A stretch of DNA of 61,938 nucleotides, counting the filler, from Basidiobolus ranarum (lineage: Eukaryota): NCBI GenBank assembly GCA_040143965.1. It is 6 parts of 6 records of this genome, joined end to end, with 100 filler letters (N's around TTAATTAATTAA, not from the genome) between each part and the next. Parts side by side here need not be neighbours in the genome. Positions count along the whole stretch, not along the records: positions 10,366 to 20,629 come from JASJQH010007600.1; positions 20,730 to 30,981 come from JASJQH010007601.1; 4 more parts are not named here. One strand, 5' to 3'. The notes beneath the pieces are model-generated. The model was given only the letters and a program-made list of their open reading frames with translations. It was not told the origin of the DNA and did no database searches. Position numbers and translations under genes: made by a program. Shown one piece after another: positions 15,167-26,806 of this stretch; position 1 is the first letter of the stretch; every line of letters begins with the position of its first letter.

Positions 15167-16937
15167 GTTTAGGGAGTTCTCACGCTTCTCGGAAAGTCTT
15201 TTCTGACGCGACACTGATCTAGAGCGTATATTCAAGTTTGAAAGGGACCAATGCATGATGATTCGATTCTATATTTAAACGGTTTTCATAAACTAGAGTT
15301 TCTAGTAATCGGAATCGGGGTATATTCTACCAAAGGTTTGTTTGATCAATATTGTACAAACAATAGCGGTATATATACGTGCTTGAAAACTCCATTCAAT
15401 TTTAGCTTGAAACGGATATGCAAATTGTGGAATCCTCCAGAGGCCTATCAATGCAACATGCCAAGAGTGAGGCGGTCAAACCACCAATTGAATGGACTTT
15501 CATTCATATGTTACTAAATAAATATACGATGTAACCAGATTTACCGATTGGAAGATTCCATCCCGACATTATACTCCAAGGGAGCTCAAACAGGTAGTAG
15601 TATAAATTGCAGTATGGTGTTTGTTCTGCCTTTCTAGGAAACAATATAGGCATCCTATTGTGTGTTTGTGTGCTACATTTCATATGATTTACTCTCAGCT
15701 GTCGATAACGGAGGTGAGGGTGCTATTTAGTCTGGCCAAAGAAGGAGATTACCAGAATACAATCCCATCTTGTCGAAGGAAGCGAAGCGCTTGGTTTAGC
15801 AGAGTGTATAGCCATATTGTACATATTCTAGGAAGGTGGCGTCGCTGCATAATCTGGATGTTAGAAGCAAAGAGGTTGATAATCATCATCTATGAAATGG
15901 AAATCGAGTCCAAGGCTGATTTGATGATATAGTTTTAGGATTAGTTGCAGCAGAGGAAAACATTTTTCCCTTTCCTAAATCGGTTATATATCTAAGCAGG
16001 AAATAGATATATGTGATTAACCCGAATTAGTACGTTTAAGGTTCTTTGAAAAAGGAAAGTAGCTGCTTTCGGGCTAATCTCCAAACAAGAAAGAGCTGGC
16101 CTTAGAAAGCAGTCAAAACAAATCGCTACTTTGGGAAAATCATCGGTTTGAAGGATGACTGAAGGAATTTATCAAGTACATACAACACAACGCTCGCTAG
16201 GTTTTAGAGAATGCTTGCATTTTTCGCATTGAAGCTACAATGAAATAGCTAACTGAAGAGAGGTAAACTTGGCACAGGATACCCTGAAGAGGCACCTATA
16301 TTTTTATCGGTCACAGGGTTTTTAAAAGGTTTACTACAGTATGTTCGAGGTCCTAACGCGTATATCCACTGGTGTTAGCTAACGAATATCCTTTGAATGG
16401 ATTTCTTCTCTCTTCGTAATCGGCATTGATGCAACAACGATGAGCTTAGAGCACGGAGCCACCATCAACAATTCTACATCTATTTGTTAGGAATCATTCG
16501 ATGAAGTTCATAAAATTTTAAGCTTGTTTAACTTAATTGATATCATAATCTGCATTCCTTGATTAATAAATGGCGCATGTTGCCGATGACAAGCCGAACT
16601 ATGAAACCAATCGATCAGGGCCGAAAAAATCGAATATAAGTTCTACCAATAGTGGGGCCGATGAAGGGCATCGATTAATCGAACTCTGTCGATGTAAATT
16701 TCAGACACATGATCTCCATGACTAAAGAATTTCACACCTTGAATTCACCTTTGTCATCTTTTTTACATATATATCAGATTGTGTGCAAACTAACCCAATC
16801 AATCTTGGCCATTCACGATTACCATTATAAAATCTCTCCAGGTGTGGCAGTGTGTCTAAGCCTCAAAAAAGAGATATATATATTTCCAAGGTTGGAATAT
16901 AGGTTGATAGTTTGTTTTCTTCTTATTTCTTATCAAA

Positions 16938-18214
16938 ATGCGTGCTATTGTTGTCAAAGATAAATGGCTTAAATCTGTGGAGCAATTTGAGGTCCTCGAT
17001 GATGTACCAGAACCGAAACCTCGTTCTGGCCAGGTTGTAGTGGAAGTAAAAGCTGCTGGAGCAAATTTCTTTGACATACTAATGGTACTTTATAACAGTC
17101 ACGGTGACATGTATTTGACTTGAATTCTTATTTTAGTTAACTCTTTAGGTTCAAGGAAAATACCAAATTAAACCACCATTTCCTTTTATTCCCGGAAGTG
17201 AGGTATACTTTCTTTACTATATATATACCCGAGTCAAATCACCAAACATCAGTTTACCTTTTGCTTCTTCGATAGTTTGCTGGAGTAGTCACAGAAGTTC
17301 ATCCCTCGGTCCAAAATTACAAAAAAGGAGATCGAGTCTTTGGCAGTACCTTAGGTTGTTACGCAGAAAAAGCAGTTGCTCCAGTGGAGAGCATTTACAA
17401 GATTCCAGAAGGAATGAGCTATGAAGAAGCAGCTGGGTTGTTCATCACTTACCCTACCAGTTACGCTGCTTTAGTTTTAAGAGCTAATCTCCAAAAAGGT
17501 ATGCTCTTTTACTTTCTCTGCTTGAAATGCTTATAAGCGAACTTAAATTTCTGTACAACAATAGATGAGTTCTGTCTGGTTCACGCTGGAGCTGGCGGAG
17601 TCGGAGTTGCAGCTGTCCAAATAGCTAAGGTATAAATGGTTGTTCATTCTACTGGTTTTATGTGTATAATATTACTAACTTTAAAAAAGGCACTTGGTGC
17701 TAAAGTGATTGCCACTGCAGGCTCGTCGGAGAAATTAGAAGTCGCTAAAGCTAATGGAGCTGATTATTGCATTAATTATAAAGAAGACACCCAATGGCCT
17801 GAAACAGTGAAGAAAATTACGAAAGGTCAAGGAGCAGATGTTGTGTTTGACCCAGTTGGACTGATCGAAATTTCTATGAAGTGTGTTGCATGGAATGGAA
17901 GAATAGTCGTTGTTGGTTTTGCCGCAGGACATATCGAAAAAGTAGCAGTAAACAGGATTCTCTTAAAAAACATCGCTGTGCTGGGAGTACACTGGGGTGC
18001 CTACACCAAGTACCAACCGGAGAAAATCCAACCTGTTTGGGACTCTTTGTTTGAGTTATTTGCTCAGAAAAAACTTAAACCTGTTGTATATAAGACCGTC
18101 TACCGTGGGCTTGAGCAAGCGAAGGTAGCTTTAACTGATATTGCCGCTAGAAAGACGTACGGAAAGGTTGTTGTTGTTCCCAACCCTGATACCGCTGGTC
18201 TCCACAAGCTATAA
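16938..18214 (+). CDS. NADPH:quinone oxidoreductase (MDR/zeta-crystallin family)
   Basis: Exons give VKAAGANFFDILM/QGKYQIKPPFPFIPGSE/FAG..., HAGAGGVGVAAVQIAK, DVVFDPVG and GKVVV, with four GT-AG introns. Confidence 0.93.
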
Positions 18215-20185
18215 TGAGTATTTCTATTTTTCAAAATATGCCAAAGTAAATAAATACTGTCTCACCAAGTGAACCCTTGACCTCTCATCTCCTGGGCTTC
18301 TAGTATTGGTTGGTAACCAACGAGAGTGTATATAGAAATAATAATGTGGGGCAGCATCTGATCTTAGATTCGTAACTAGGTGTATTGTGGTGTGATAGCA
18401 ACGCCTAAATCTGATACGTTTCTCCATCTTTTCAAGAGGATAGGCTGTAGAGTAGCTTTTGTGGAGATTATTGGTGTAAAGCCGTTCACATGCGATATAC
18501 AAGACTATTTTTAAAGAAAAACGCCAGAATTAATCAGTTGCTGGAACCTGTATATTTTTAGATTCCAATATAACAACTAGGTCGACACCTCCAATCAACG
18601 ATGTCTCTGTCTACGCGACGGGATAATGATAGAGAGTGGAGGTCGCTGTACGTGATTCCTAGAAATCAATGACATAGCGATGGAGTGGAATCGATGTCAA
18701 CTGTAAGTTAGATTCTTTAAAATATTCAGTTTACTGAGCTGCATAATAACTATAATTATACACTCAATTAAAGTTATGACGTTCTTTAAAAAACCCCACA
18801 GCGTTACCGAGGGTATTGATAGGTACCGAGTGAAAAGTTTGGTTGTAAATATATCCTTGTATCCTCAATTCTGAAAGCACCGAATAATTGGCAAACAGTA
18901 AACTCCTTGAATCTACTCTCAGATTTTCTATTTAACTGCTTCCTCACACTAGGTAGAGTAGCCATCAGCAACACCTCAAAAAAGCTATTCGCACTACTCC
19001 GCAAATCCATCAAGGGGTTTCTTTCCGGATTGAAATACTCACAGGACTTTATTATTTGCATAAAATGCATGAAGTTTCTCTATCATGGTCCAGTCGAGGT
19101 CTTTGCGGCACTTTCCAAAACACGTGCAATAATACCTCTAAAGCCATAGCATCCATGGATTACCTGCCATATAACCCAAGTAGCTCGTTTATCAATTCCA
19201 ATAAGCCGCGTTATGACATACCCACATCCGTATCGGCTTTGCTTTCACTGAAAACTCTAAACATCAATGATAACGATGACGGTGTCAGGGATAGAGTACG
19301 CCCACTTCTACCCTCACCTGAGCATCAAAATACGTTAATACTCAAGGAACGTAGGTATTCAGACGATTCGCTTCCATATCCCTCAGGGTCCTCTTCTGCA
19401 TTAGAAGTGTTGACCTGTCTCACTTTGGCTACCACACCAGCTCCTAACAAGAAAAGGGTAACCCAAAGTCCACTAGCACATTTGTTACACGACCTCACCT
19501 CATTTTTACTTAAATAGTCACATGATAAGCTGATTGATTCGCCAACGCAGTGTTTTCTGCCTTGGATCACTCATCCCATACTCGAGAAAGACTCCCTCGG
19601 TATTAATCTAATCGCTCCACTGAGTAAGAAGATGTGCAGTTTTGATTTACTTCTAGCAAGCATAAGTCGGCCAAAATTAAACTCGAATGTATGCTCTGAG
19701 GGTTCAGATCAACAAACACTTGATCATTGAACGTATGGAGGGCACATATCAGCGGCAAATGATTTTACATCGCAGGCAATAACATGGCTGTATTATGGAT
19801 GGTCCCGAAAGAATGATCTATATGTGGATGCACAACGAGAGAAGCAAAGGGTCAGGTTTTAATGTAGTTGCAAGAATCTACTCTGTAGGATCAGAGCATC
19901 AATTTCCAAGTATTATTTCACGCTTGGATCTTCCTCACTTCGGTGGAGCATGGAGTAAAGTGTACCTATTCACCCACCCCCATCTGAATTGAATAAAAGA
20001 AATGTTCCCTACGATAGAGTGTTTCTTTATTGTTTGAAACTGCGATACTAATTGAAATATAGGTATTCAACTTGATAGAGAAAGGTAGGAGGGGATCAAT
20101 CTCCGTAGGAATCTTGACCAGAGTTTTGTTCAACAAAAGCAAATCGATCGGCCGGGAATCAGCAGTAATCGTAACACAGTTTCGA

Positions 20186-20629
20186 TCACTTCTTTGAGAA
20201 CCATAGGAATCTATCCTCGCGCACTCTTCCAATGCGCTCACCTGATCTTACACTAGCTATATACCGCGATTTGCCTTTGGATAGGGTAATCTTGGGTATT
20301 TTACCGCATTCAATAATTCGATGTTCTCTCGCGCGTAAGTCATTTAAATTAGAGGGATAACGTCCGTGAGAGACAAAGTACTCTCTTTGTGCATGGTAAA
20401 CCTCCATCAAAACGTGTCTAGCCAACCGTTGTGGATCGTGTTTCCTATGATATTCCGGGTCGATAGTTGTTAATTCAGAAAACTCGATTGTACCCCAATA
20501 CTCTGGATTATCGATTGTGTCTGTGGTATTGTCTTGCGCCGTGGACCACACATGTTGAAATGAACCATCGATAACAGGATTCAATATGGAGAGTAATTCC
20601 CGCTTGTTAAGTCCGGTAGAGTCTTCTTG
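20186..20629 (-). CDS. C-terminal part of a carbohydrate-binding family 9 (CBM9)-like protein (partial)
   Basis: VWS...NPEYWGTIEFS...DPQRLARHVLMEVYHAQREYFVSHGRY...GRVREDRFLW resembles the C-terminus of bacterial CBM9-like proteins (WVWSP...PExWGxxxFS; LYxxQxxY). No intron in the visible part. Confidence 0.55.
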   Translation of the reverse strand, partial: QEDSTGLNKRELLSILNPVIDGSFQHVWSTAQDNTTDTIDNPEYWGTIEFSELTTIDPEYHRKHDPQRLARHVLMEVYHAQREYFVSHGRYPSNLNDLRAREHRIIECGKIPKITLSKGKSRYIASVRSGERIGRVREDRFLWFSKK

Positions 20630-20729
20630 NNNNNNNNNNNNNNNNNNNNNNNNNNNNNNNNNNNNNNNNNNNNTTAATTAATTAANNNNNNNNNNNNNNN
20701 NNNNNNNNNNNNNNNNNNNNNNNNNNNNN
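20630..20729. other. Artificial contig-joining spacer
   Basis: N run with TTAATTAATTAA. Confidence 0.97.
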
Positions 20730-21089
20730 GAAGCTCTACAATTGAACAAAGCGTTTAATGGTGAAATACGTGTAACGCTATGTTGGTTACTTAATTAAGA
20801 AGAGACGTTCATATGCCATACAAAGAATGATATGAACCACCCCAACCTACCTATCCGGAATATTTGAGTGCATAGGGGGTGATGGTGATCACGGTGCTTG
20901 AATTGGATAGATTTGTTAGGTAGGGTCTGTGCACTATTGTATGTAATCTCCTCTCGTACACCACGACAATGAGCAGATAATGACCAATTTTCTCCACAAT
21001 AGAGCATTTCACTTGTATAAAAAGTCAGCGGCTGTCATATTAACTTGCTCACCTTTGCTTCTTGTTCTCACCCTTCCCTTAGTTCGACA

Positions 21090-22797
21090 ATGGGCGCAAT
21101 GAAATCCAAATCCTTTATACGACCTCTAGAAGAGGAATCTTATGACCCTGCGGTCGTAACCAAGGTGATGAGTCTTTTGGAAAAAGAAAGTCGAGCATTG
21201 GCGAATTTTTGTTTAGTGAATAGAGATTGGTACATATCGACGATGCCCATCTTATGGAGAGCTCCAGTTTTCAAGAATCATGGAGAATTTCGTTTATTTA
21301 GGCAGCAGATTGTTCAAAATCGTGAAGGTAAGATTAACTTGATACTTGAGTGAATGACTTTTCCCATTATTCAATTGGTTGCTTTGTGTAGTGGCTAGAT
21401 TGGTTTTAACTCTAAGGTTTCATCGAAATACTTCTAATATGCTGTGCTACGCCGATGGTTTGGTCAGGTTTCTACCAAATTTAAGACAAATCCATTTGTC
21501 GTCCGAGACTGACTTTACTGAGCAAGAGTTGCTTTACTCGATGACGACCTCCCTGCAGCGTGTCACTCGAATTTCTCGAATTGCCATGACGGGGTGTGAT
21601 AAAGGAGTGCACTATCTTGGATCTATTTTCAACAACTGTCATAAGTTGGAGCATCTAGAGATCCATGTCACCGATTCCGAGTTGGTTAAAACCAGCATCC
21701 CCATAGAGCTACCGGAGGCATTAAGTATCAAGTCGTTGGAAATAGATGGGAGCTTGTTGGATTCGGAATTCATCACGACATTACTATCCCATCTTCCAAA
21801 CCTAAGAAGACTCAAGTTCAAAGCCAAATCTCCACCCAAGGATCTGGTCCATATTCTGAGCGTAAAATGTCGAAATTTACGAGAAGTAGAATTCGATTTT
21901 GAAAAAGTGGAAGCGGAACAATTTGCATGCCTGGAAAATCCAACCACACAAAGTATCATACGTGAATTACGTCAACTGGTTCTGAAGCCAGGTGGGAAGA
22001 GTGTAAAAGGGATACCATCCAGTTGGACTTTAAATCTGTGGCGGTCATTTGGTGAACTTCAACATCTTACCCTCAGAGATGTGTGCTTTACCGAGTCTTT
22101 ACTACAAGAGATCATTGGATTTCCCGTACTAAACCTTCGACGCTTAGATATGTCCTTTTTATACGACACTGAAGGCATATCTCTGGCTACCTGGAGGGCA
22201 TTCTTCCATGCTATAGGTCAAAGATTAACCTCATTAAGCTTATCCTTCTCTAGGTTTCCTTTCGGTACTGATTTGGTCATAGTTGAGAGTAGCCCAAACC
22301 TTCGGTACCTGAAACTCATTGATGTCAATACCTCCGATGAAGCAGTCATGGAGATAGCCAAGTTCTATGGGACTCAGTTAAAGTCTTTGTACATACGGAG
22401 CCCCTTACTCACAGAAAAGTCTCTACGTGCAGTATGTTTGCACTTGAAATCATTGGAGAACCTTGTACTTGCACGACCATCCATCAAAGGGTCCACCTTG
22501 GATCCCACCAGTTTATTCTCGTACTTGAGGAAATCGGGATCTCGTTTAAAAGAACTCGGTTTACCTGGATGGAGAGTAAGTGATTCCATCATCAATGGAT
22601 TAATCATGTGGAGTACCGAGTTAACACATTTAGAGTTTGACAATAATTGGTATGTAAGTGAAAGTATTGTAAAAAAATTATTACAAAAATCCCATAATTT
22701 GGGTTTTTTAAAGATCAATTCTAATGAAGATTGGGGTCAATTATCCAATCCGTTTTTGGATGAAATTCAAGTTAAATATCAAAAATCCAAATATTAA
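21090..22797 (+). CDS. F-box-like / RNI-like leucine-rich repeat protein
   Basis: Exon 1 (21090-21327) has the F-box-like LANFCLVNRDWY...PILWRAP. Intron 21328-21391. Exon 2 has many LxxLxL repeats (LPNLRQIHL, CRNLREV, SPNLRYLKL). Confidence 0.85.
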
Positions 22798-23011
22798 TTT
22801 CTCTAATTCCCTTAATTCTGTGAATTCCCACGATTTCCTAGAGATGTTTATTTCCTATTCCTAGAATAAAATTCATCGTTTATGATTTTCATGACCCAAT
22901 ATTAGTATTAGCGATGGATTGAATATAACAACGGTGAAAGTTTATAAGAGATAAATGATACTTATCAACATTGGTGATTAATCGAGAGAAACTTTCTCAT
23001 GTTTGAGTTCA

Positions 23012-23110
23012 GGATACGAAACTTTAGAGATAACATGGGAATAAGAATACGAAGCTTTAGAGATAACTTGGGAATAAGAATACGAAGCTTTAGAGATAAC
23101 TTGGGAATGA
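23012..23110. repeat. 33-bp tandem repeat, 3 copies
   Basis: Unit GAATACGAAGCTTTAGAGATAACTTGGGAATAA at 23012, 23045 and 23078. Confidence 0.9.
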
Positions 23111-23303
23111 AGCTCGTTAAAGTCAATGGTTTTGATTTATTGTGAATAAGTAGTAATTGTAGATATCACCAGAGCATCTAAAAATCAGCAAATAGACGAA
23201 TATAATAGTGAAGTAGATCAATCGATGCACTACTCAAGAGTACTCATAGAATATAAGACATGAGTAGTAAAGAAATAGAAATATTGTTGAATAAGTCCTC
23301 CCA

Positions 23304-23642
23304 TTACAATAGTTGACGAGCAACTAATCCACTGGCCATAAAGAGACCAATCATGGCTGATCCTGCTCCAACATTAGCTGCAGAGTTTGGTCGGCCAGTT
23401 TGACCTCCAGCAGCAACACTGGTACCAGTGGCCTTTATCCCATTAGAGGCACCACTGCTGGCTGTTGGGGTGGCACTTCCTGCTGCAACAGAGCTACTAA
23501 CTGATGCTCCCGAAGGCGTTGGTGAAGAAGAGGCACTTGCATCGGTTACTGAGCTACCAGATGCCGCAGGACTGGAGGATGCTTGAGCGGAAACAGAAGC
23601 GACAAAGAGAGCAACAATAGCGGTGATGGCAAAGAAACGCAT
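23304..23642 (-). CDS. Small secreted Ser/Ala/Thr-rich, probably GPI-anchored cell-surface protein
   Basis: Signal peptide MRFFAITAIVALFVASVSA, Ser-rich body, NSA omega-like site and hydrophobic tail. TATA-like TATATAAA upstream on the minus strand. Confidence 0.85.
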   Translation of the reverse strand: MRFFAITAIVALFVASVSAQASSSPAASGSSVTDASASSSPTPSGASVSSSVAAGSATPTASSGASNGIKATGTSVAAGGQTGRPNSAANVGAGSAMIGLFMASGLVARQLL

Positions 23643-24407
23643 ATTTGTATTGGTATGAAGAAGTTAAAAGATCAAGAGTTTGGTAGCTAGAATAAACCAC
23701 TGAAGAATGGAATGATGAGTGAATTAGGAACCTCCACTGGCTTTATATACTGGTTGTACCAACATCTATTACATATCACATCAAATACTATGCTATAACA
23801 ATGTGAATTCAGCCATTACCATGCATACGACACAGAAAAGGATTCATTCTAATAGTAGCGATGACATAAAGTCTCTAGAACTACGCAGAATGTAGGACAT
23901 GGATTTACTTTTCGTTATATTGACTTGTTGATATAAAATTGCTTGGGATGCCTACTTGCTTCTCCTGAATACGGTGCGCAGGGTGCAGGCCATTTTTTAA
24001 TCTAGCACTATGCAAATCATAGGGGCTTGGTGAATTTCCGTCAGGGTTCGTTTATATGAATTGGTTGGGTACAGTACAGTAAATGGTTCATGTAGAATGC
24101 AATGACAAGTAATTTAGGCAGGAGTTTGGTGAGTGATACTTTCCTGGGGCAGGGTTGGGGCTAGAGTAGCATACCCAAGGTGTTTTTGTTTGAGGCCACG
24201 CAAGGTTGTTGGAGCATGAGTGATATGAAAGCGGTATGACCTGATGGTATTTATATTCCCTCTGTTGGCCATCCAAGGTGGCTCGCACTATTTGTAAAGT
24301 CCAGTTTCGAATGATGTTTTTACTGTTACAGCCATAAACAACAAAAGAGTATGTTAAGATATATAAAGAGCGTTAGTCTGCGGTCTCTCAATAATATTCT
24401 TAAATCC

Positions 24408-24623
24408 ATGAAGTTATTTGCCACTACTCTCCTGATCTCCTGGCTGATTGCAGCAGTGTCTAGCTCAGAACTTCCAAAGTTAGATACAGTAATGGCCGAT
24501 GGACCGATCAAAGTTGGTGGGAAAAACATGGCTCATATCCGAACAAATAACGGCGACAATTACGAGATTACTTTATGGTTTGTCTCATTAGGTGCAGGTG
24601 CAATAGTATATCAGTTGACTTAG
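24408..24623 (+). CDS. Small putative secreted protein
   Basis: Signal-like MKLFATTLLISWLIAAVSS with TATAAA at about 24362 and a hydrophobic C-terminus. The stop falls inside the adjoining repeat. Confidence 0.5.
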   Translation: MKLFATTLLISWLIAAVSSSELPKLDTVMADGPIKVGGKNMAHIRTNNGDNYEITLWFVSLGAGAIVYQLT

Positions 24624-24860
24624 AATCTCACCAGCAATCAGTTGACTTAGAATTTCACTATTAATCAGTTACCGCAGAATCTCCCTTGTAATCCATGTAT
24701 TGAATCCTTATTAGTAAATCGATTCATTTATTGAGTCACCTATTTAAACCATCTGTATTGTGAAGCCACCTATTTAAACCATCTGTATTGTGAAGCCACC
24801 TATTTAAACCATCTGTATTGTGAAGCCACCTATTTAAACCATCTGTATTGTGAAGTCACC
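24611..24860. repeat. Minisatellite block: degenerate 27-bp units followed by four 30-bp units
   Basis: TCAGTTGACTTAGAAT..-type units from 24611; CACCTATTTAAACCATCTGTATTGTGAAGC x4 at 24737-24856. Confidence 0.9.
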
Positions 24861-24993
24861 AACTGAAGTCACTTACTCAGATCATCTGTACTATTAAATC
24901 ACCATCTTTATTAGTGATAACCCAAGACCATGTGCACTGAAATCTAGATACGATCGCTTGCAATATATAGTTAGTGTTTAGGGGTAGACTTGA

Positions 24994-25221
24994 TCAAATA
25001 TTCGTTTTGAGTGGCTCCTCTTGATCGACTTCCTCTCTTAATATAGATGTGGCTGCACTCCCTTCTGCTGTAGATGGGGAGCCAGTGTGTTCGACCGTTC
25101 TGTCCGACACTCTACTTGAAACGGGGACTTTACGTGGAATGGGAGTAGGTGATGGTGGTGCTTCCTGAGCTGAAATAACCGTCAACGCTACCAAGCATAA
25201 GAAAGCCAATGAGAATTTCAT
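24994..25221 (-). CDS. Small putative secreted protein
   Basis: Signal peptide MKFSLAFLCLVALTVISA, Pro/Ser/Glu-rich mature part, TATAAAA upstream. Confidence 0.6.
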   Translation of the reverse strand: MKFSLAFLCLVALTVISAQEAPPSPTPIPRKVPVSSRVSDRTVEHTGSPSTAEGSAATSILREEVDQEEPLKTNI

Positions 25222-25955
25222 GTCAAAGATTACCACTTACCTCGCCATGAAAGAGTTATTTTATACAGGTACCCTCAACATCTTGGTTTTGGATCGGTTT
25301 CATCAACAGTAAAACTAGACGTTTTAGTTTTCTTTTGTGGATATGACTGGGATGATTTCTAAACGATTAACCTATTTTTTAAAATCTTATCGGTACTCCT
25401 ACAGCGATAACTGAGGAGGAAGAGAGTTTGATTCTAGGCTATCCTTTTGCTTGCCTTTTCTTTTACCTTGCTTTTGGGGCATAAATCGGTCAGGAGGGAT
25501 ACCTTTTTCTCTAAGCGAAGTTAAGATATGACGGGAATTAAGTATTGCAGCAAGGTCTCGGTTCCAAAGTCACCTAATGTTACTGGCTGGCGTGGTCTTC
25601 AATATTTGACGAAAAAAGATTAGCTTTCATTTTCTTTTCTCTCTTTTTGTATCTCAGACAGTACCTCAAAAGACCATGGCATTTTACAGTTGCCATCTTG
25701 TTTCTTCTAAAAACTGGTTTCATCTATGTATTAACGATGCTGTGAAAAATTACTTCCAGTCGGTGTTTCATCGTTTGTATGATATTTACTTCAGAATTAG
25801 TGATACAGAGCAATGGTTGGTCAAGATCGAAAGAAACATCCAAGAGCCAATTATCTATTTGGATGATTCACTGAACTCCCAAATATCCAATCAAATGTAT
25901 GGATGTTTCATTTTACTAAAAGTATATTCCACATGGATGAACGATTTTAGTAAAA

Positions 25956-26300
25956 TCAAAATTTATTACACATCAACAAAGGAATTAATAATAAGGCAAG
26001 ATTGGGTTGATATTTTACGGAGATGCTCCTCTGGGATTCACCAGCTCTTGGGGTTGCACTGGCCAACTGACCAAGCCCTGATGTTGCAGAAGCTACAAGT
26101 TTACTTGCGTCGATTCCAGCTTGCGAAAACATCCGACTTGCATCAGAGAGTAGGCTTTGAAATGGATTCTCACCAGCCTTGGTAGCGGATGGCGTCGGTA
26201 GTGCAGTTGAGGTAGGAGCGGTGGTTCGGGTCGAGTTCGATACTTGACCATTGGCGAGGCAAGCCAACAAAGAAAGTACGGCTATACGAGTCAGATACAT
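25956..26300 (-). CDS. Small secreted, probably GPI-anchored protein
   Basis: Signal peptide MYLTRIAVLSLLACLANG, Ser/Thr-rich region, hydrophobic C-terminus LALLLIPLLM. Confidence 0.75.
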   Translation of the reverse strand: MYLTRIAVLSLLACLANGQVSNSTRTTAPTSTALPTPSATKAGENPFQSLLSDASRMFSQAGIDASKLVASATSGLGQLASATPRAGESQRSISVKYQPNLALLLIPLLMCNKF

Positions 26301-26806
26301 CCAAGTACACTTGTTGGAATGAAGTTACCTAGATAGCCTACACTGCAAACATATATATAGCTTTTATCTTGAAACTGATGAAATTCTGTTACATATTTTG
26401 AAATATTGGCCATTCATTTCACTAACGCTTGGACGAGTTGTTCAACCTAACCCCTTAGCTTTTACACTACTGCGCCAAACTTTGGATAGTCAGCCACTGA
26501 GCTTAACCCCTAACCCAATCCGGTGATTTGTATAGTGTATGCTAGAATTGTGACACTCGAATACTGAAGTTGGTTGATGCACCAATCAAATCTAGAATTT
26601 TGGCTCATGGTATATGCACTAGGTGAATGTGCAAGTTAATGGAGTAGAAAAAGGTCATTTTATGAATGGAGGCTCGAATTTACCAGTCCTAATGATTATA
26701 CTGATTTTATTCATATTGAAATGGATAAATTTCAACGGAAAATCCATGATAAAGAGAGTAGTCTCTTGCTCCATTTCTTCTTGATTATTTATGACTTCTA
26801 TACCAA

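Noticed and set aside
23012-24860. 30-33-bp direct repeats as possible CRISPR arrays
   Set aside because: The units are head-to-tail with no unique spacers, there are no cas genes, and the context is eukaryotic.
25676-26185. 169-aa plus-strand ORF
   Set aside because: It overlaps the antisense of a better supported secreted-protein gene and has no recognisable features.
26440-26520. Telomere-like CCTAACCC motifs upstream of PIF1
   Set aside because: Only two imperfect, non-tandem copies, which is compatible with chance.
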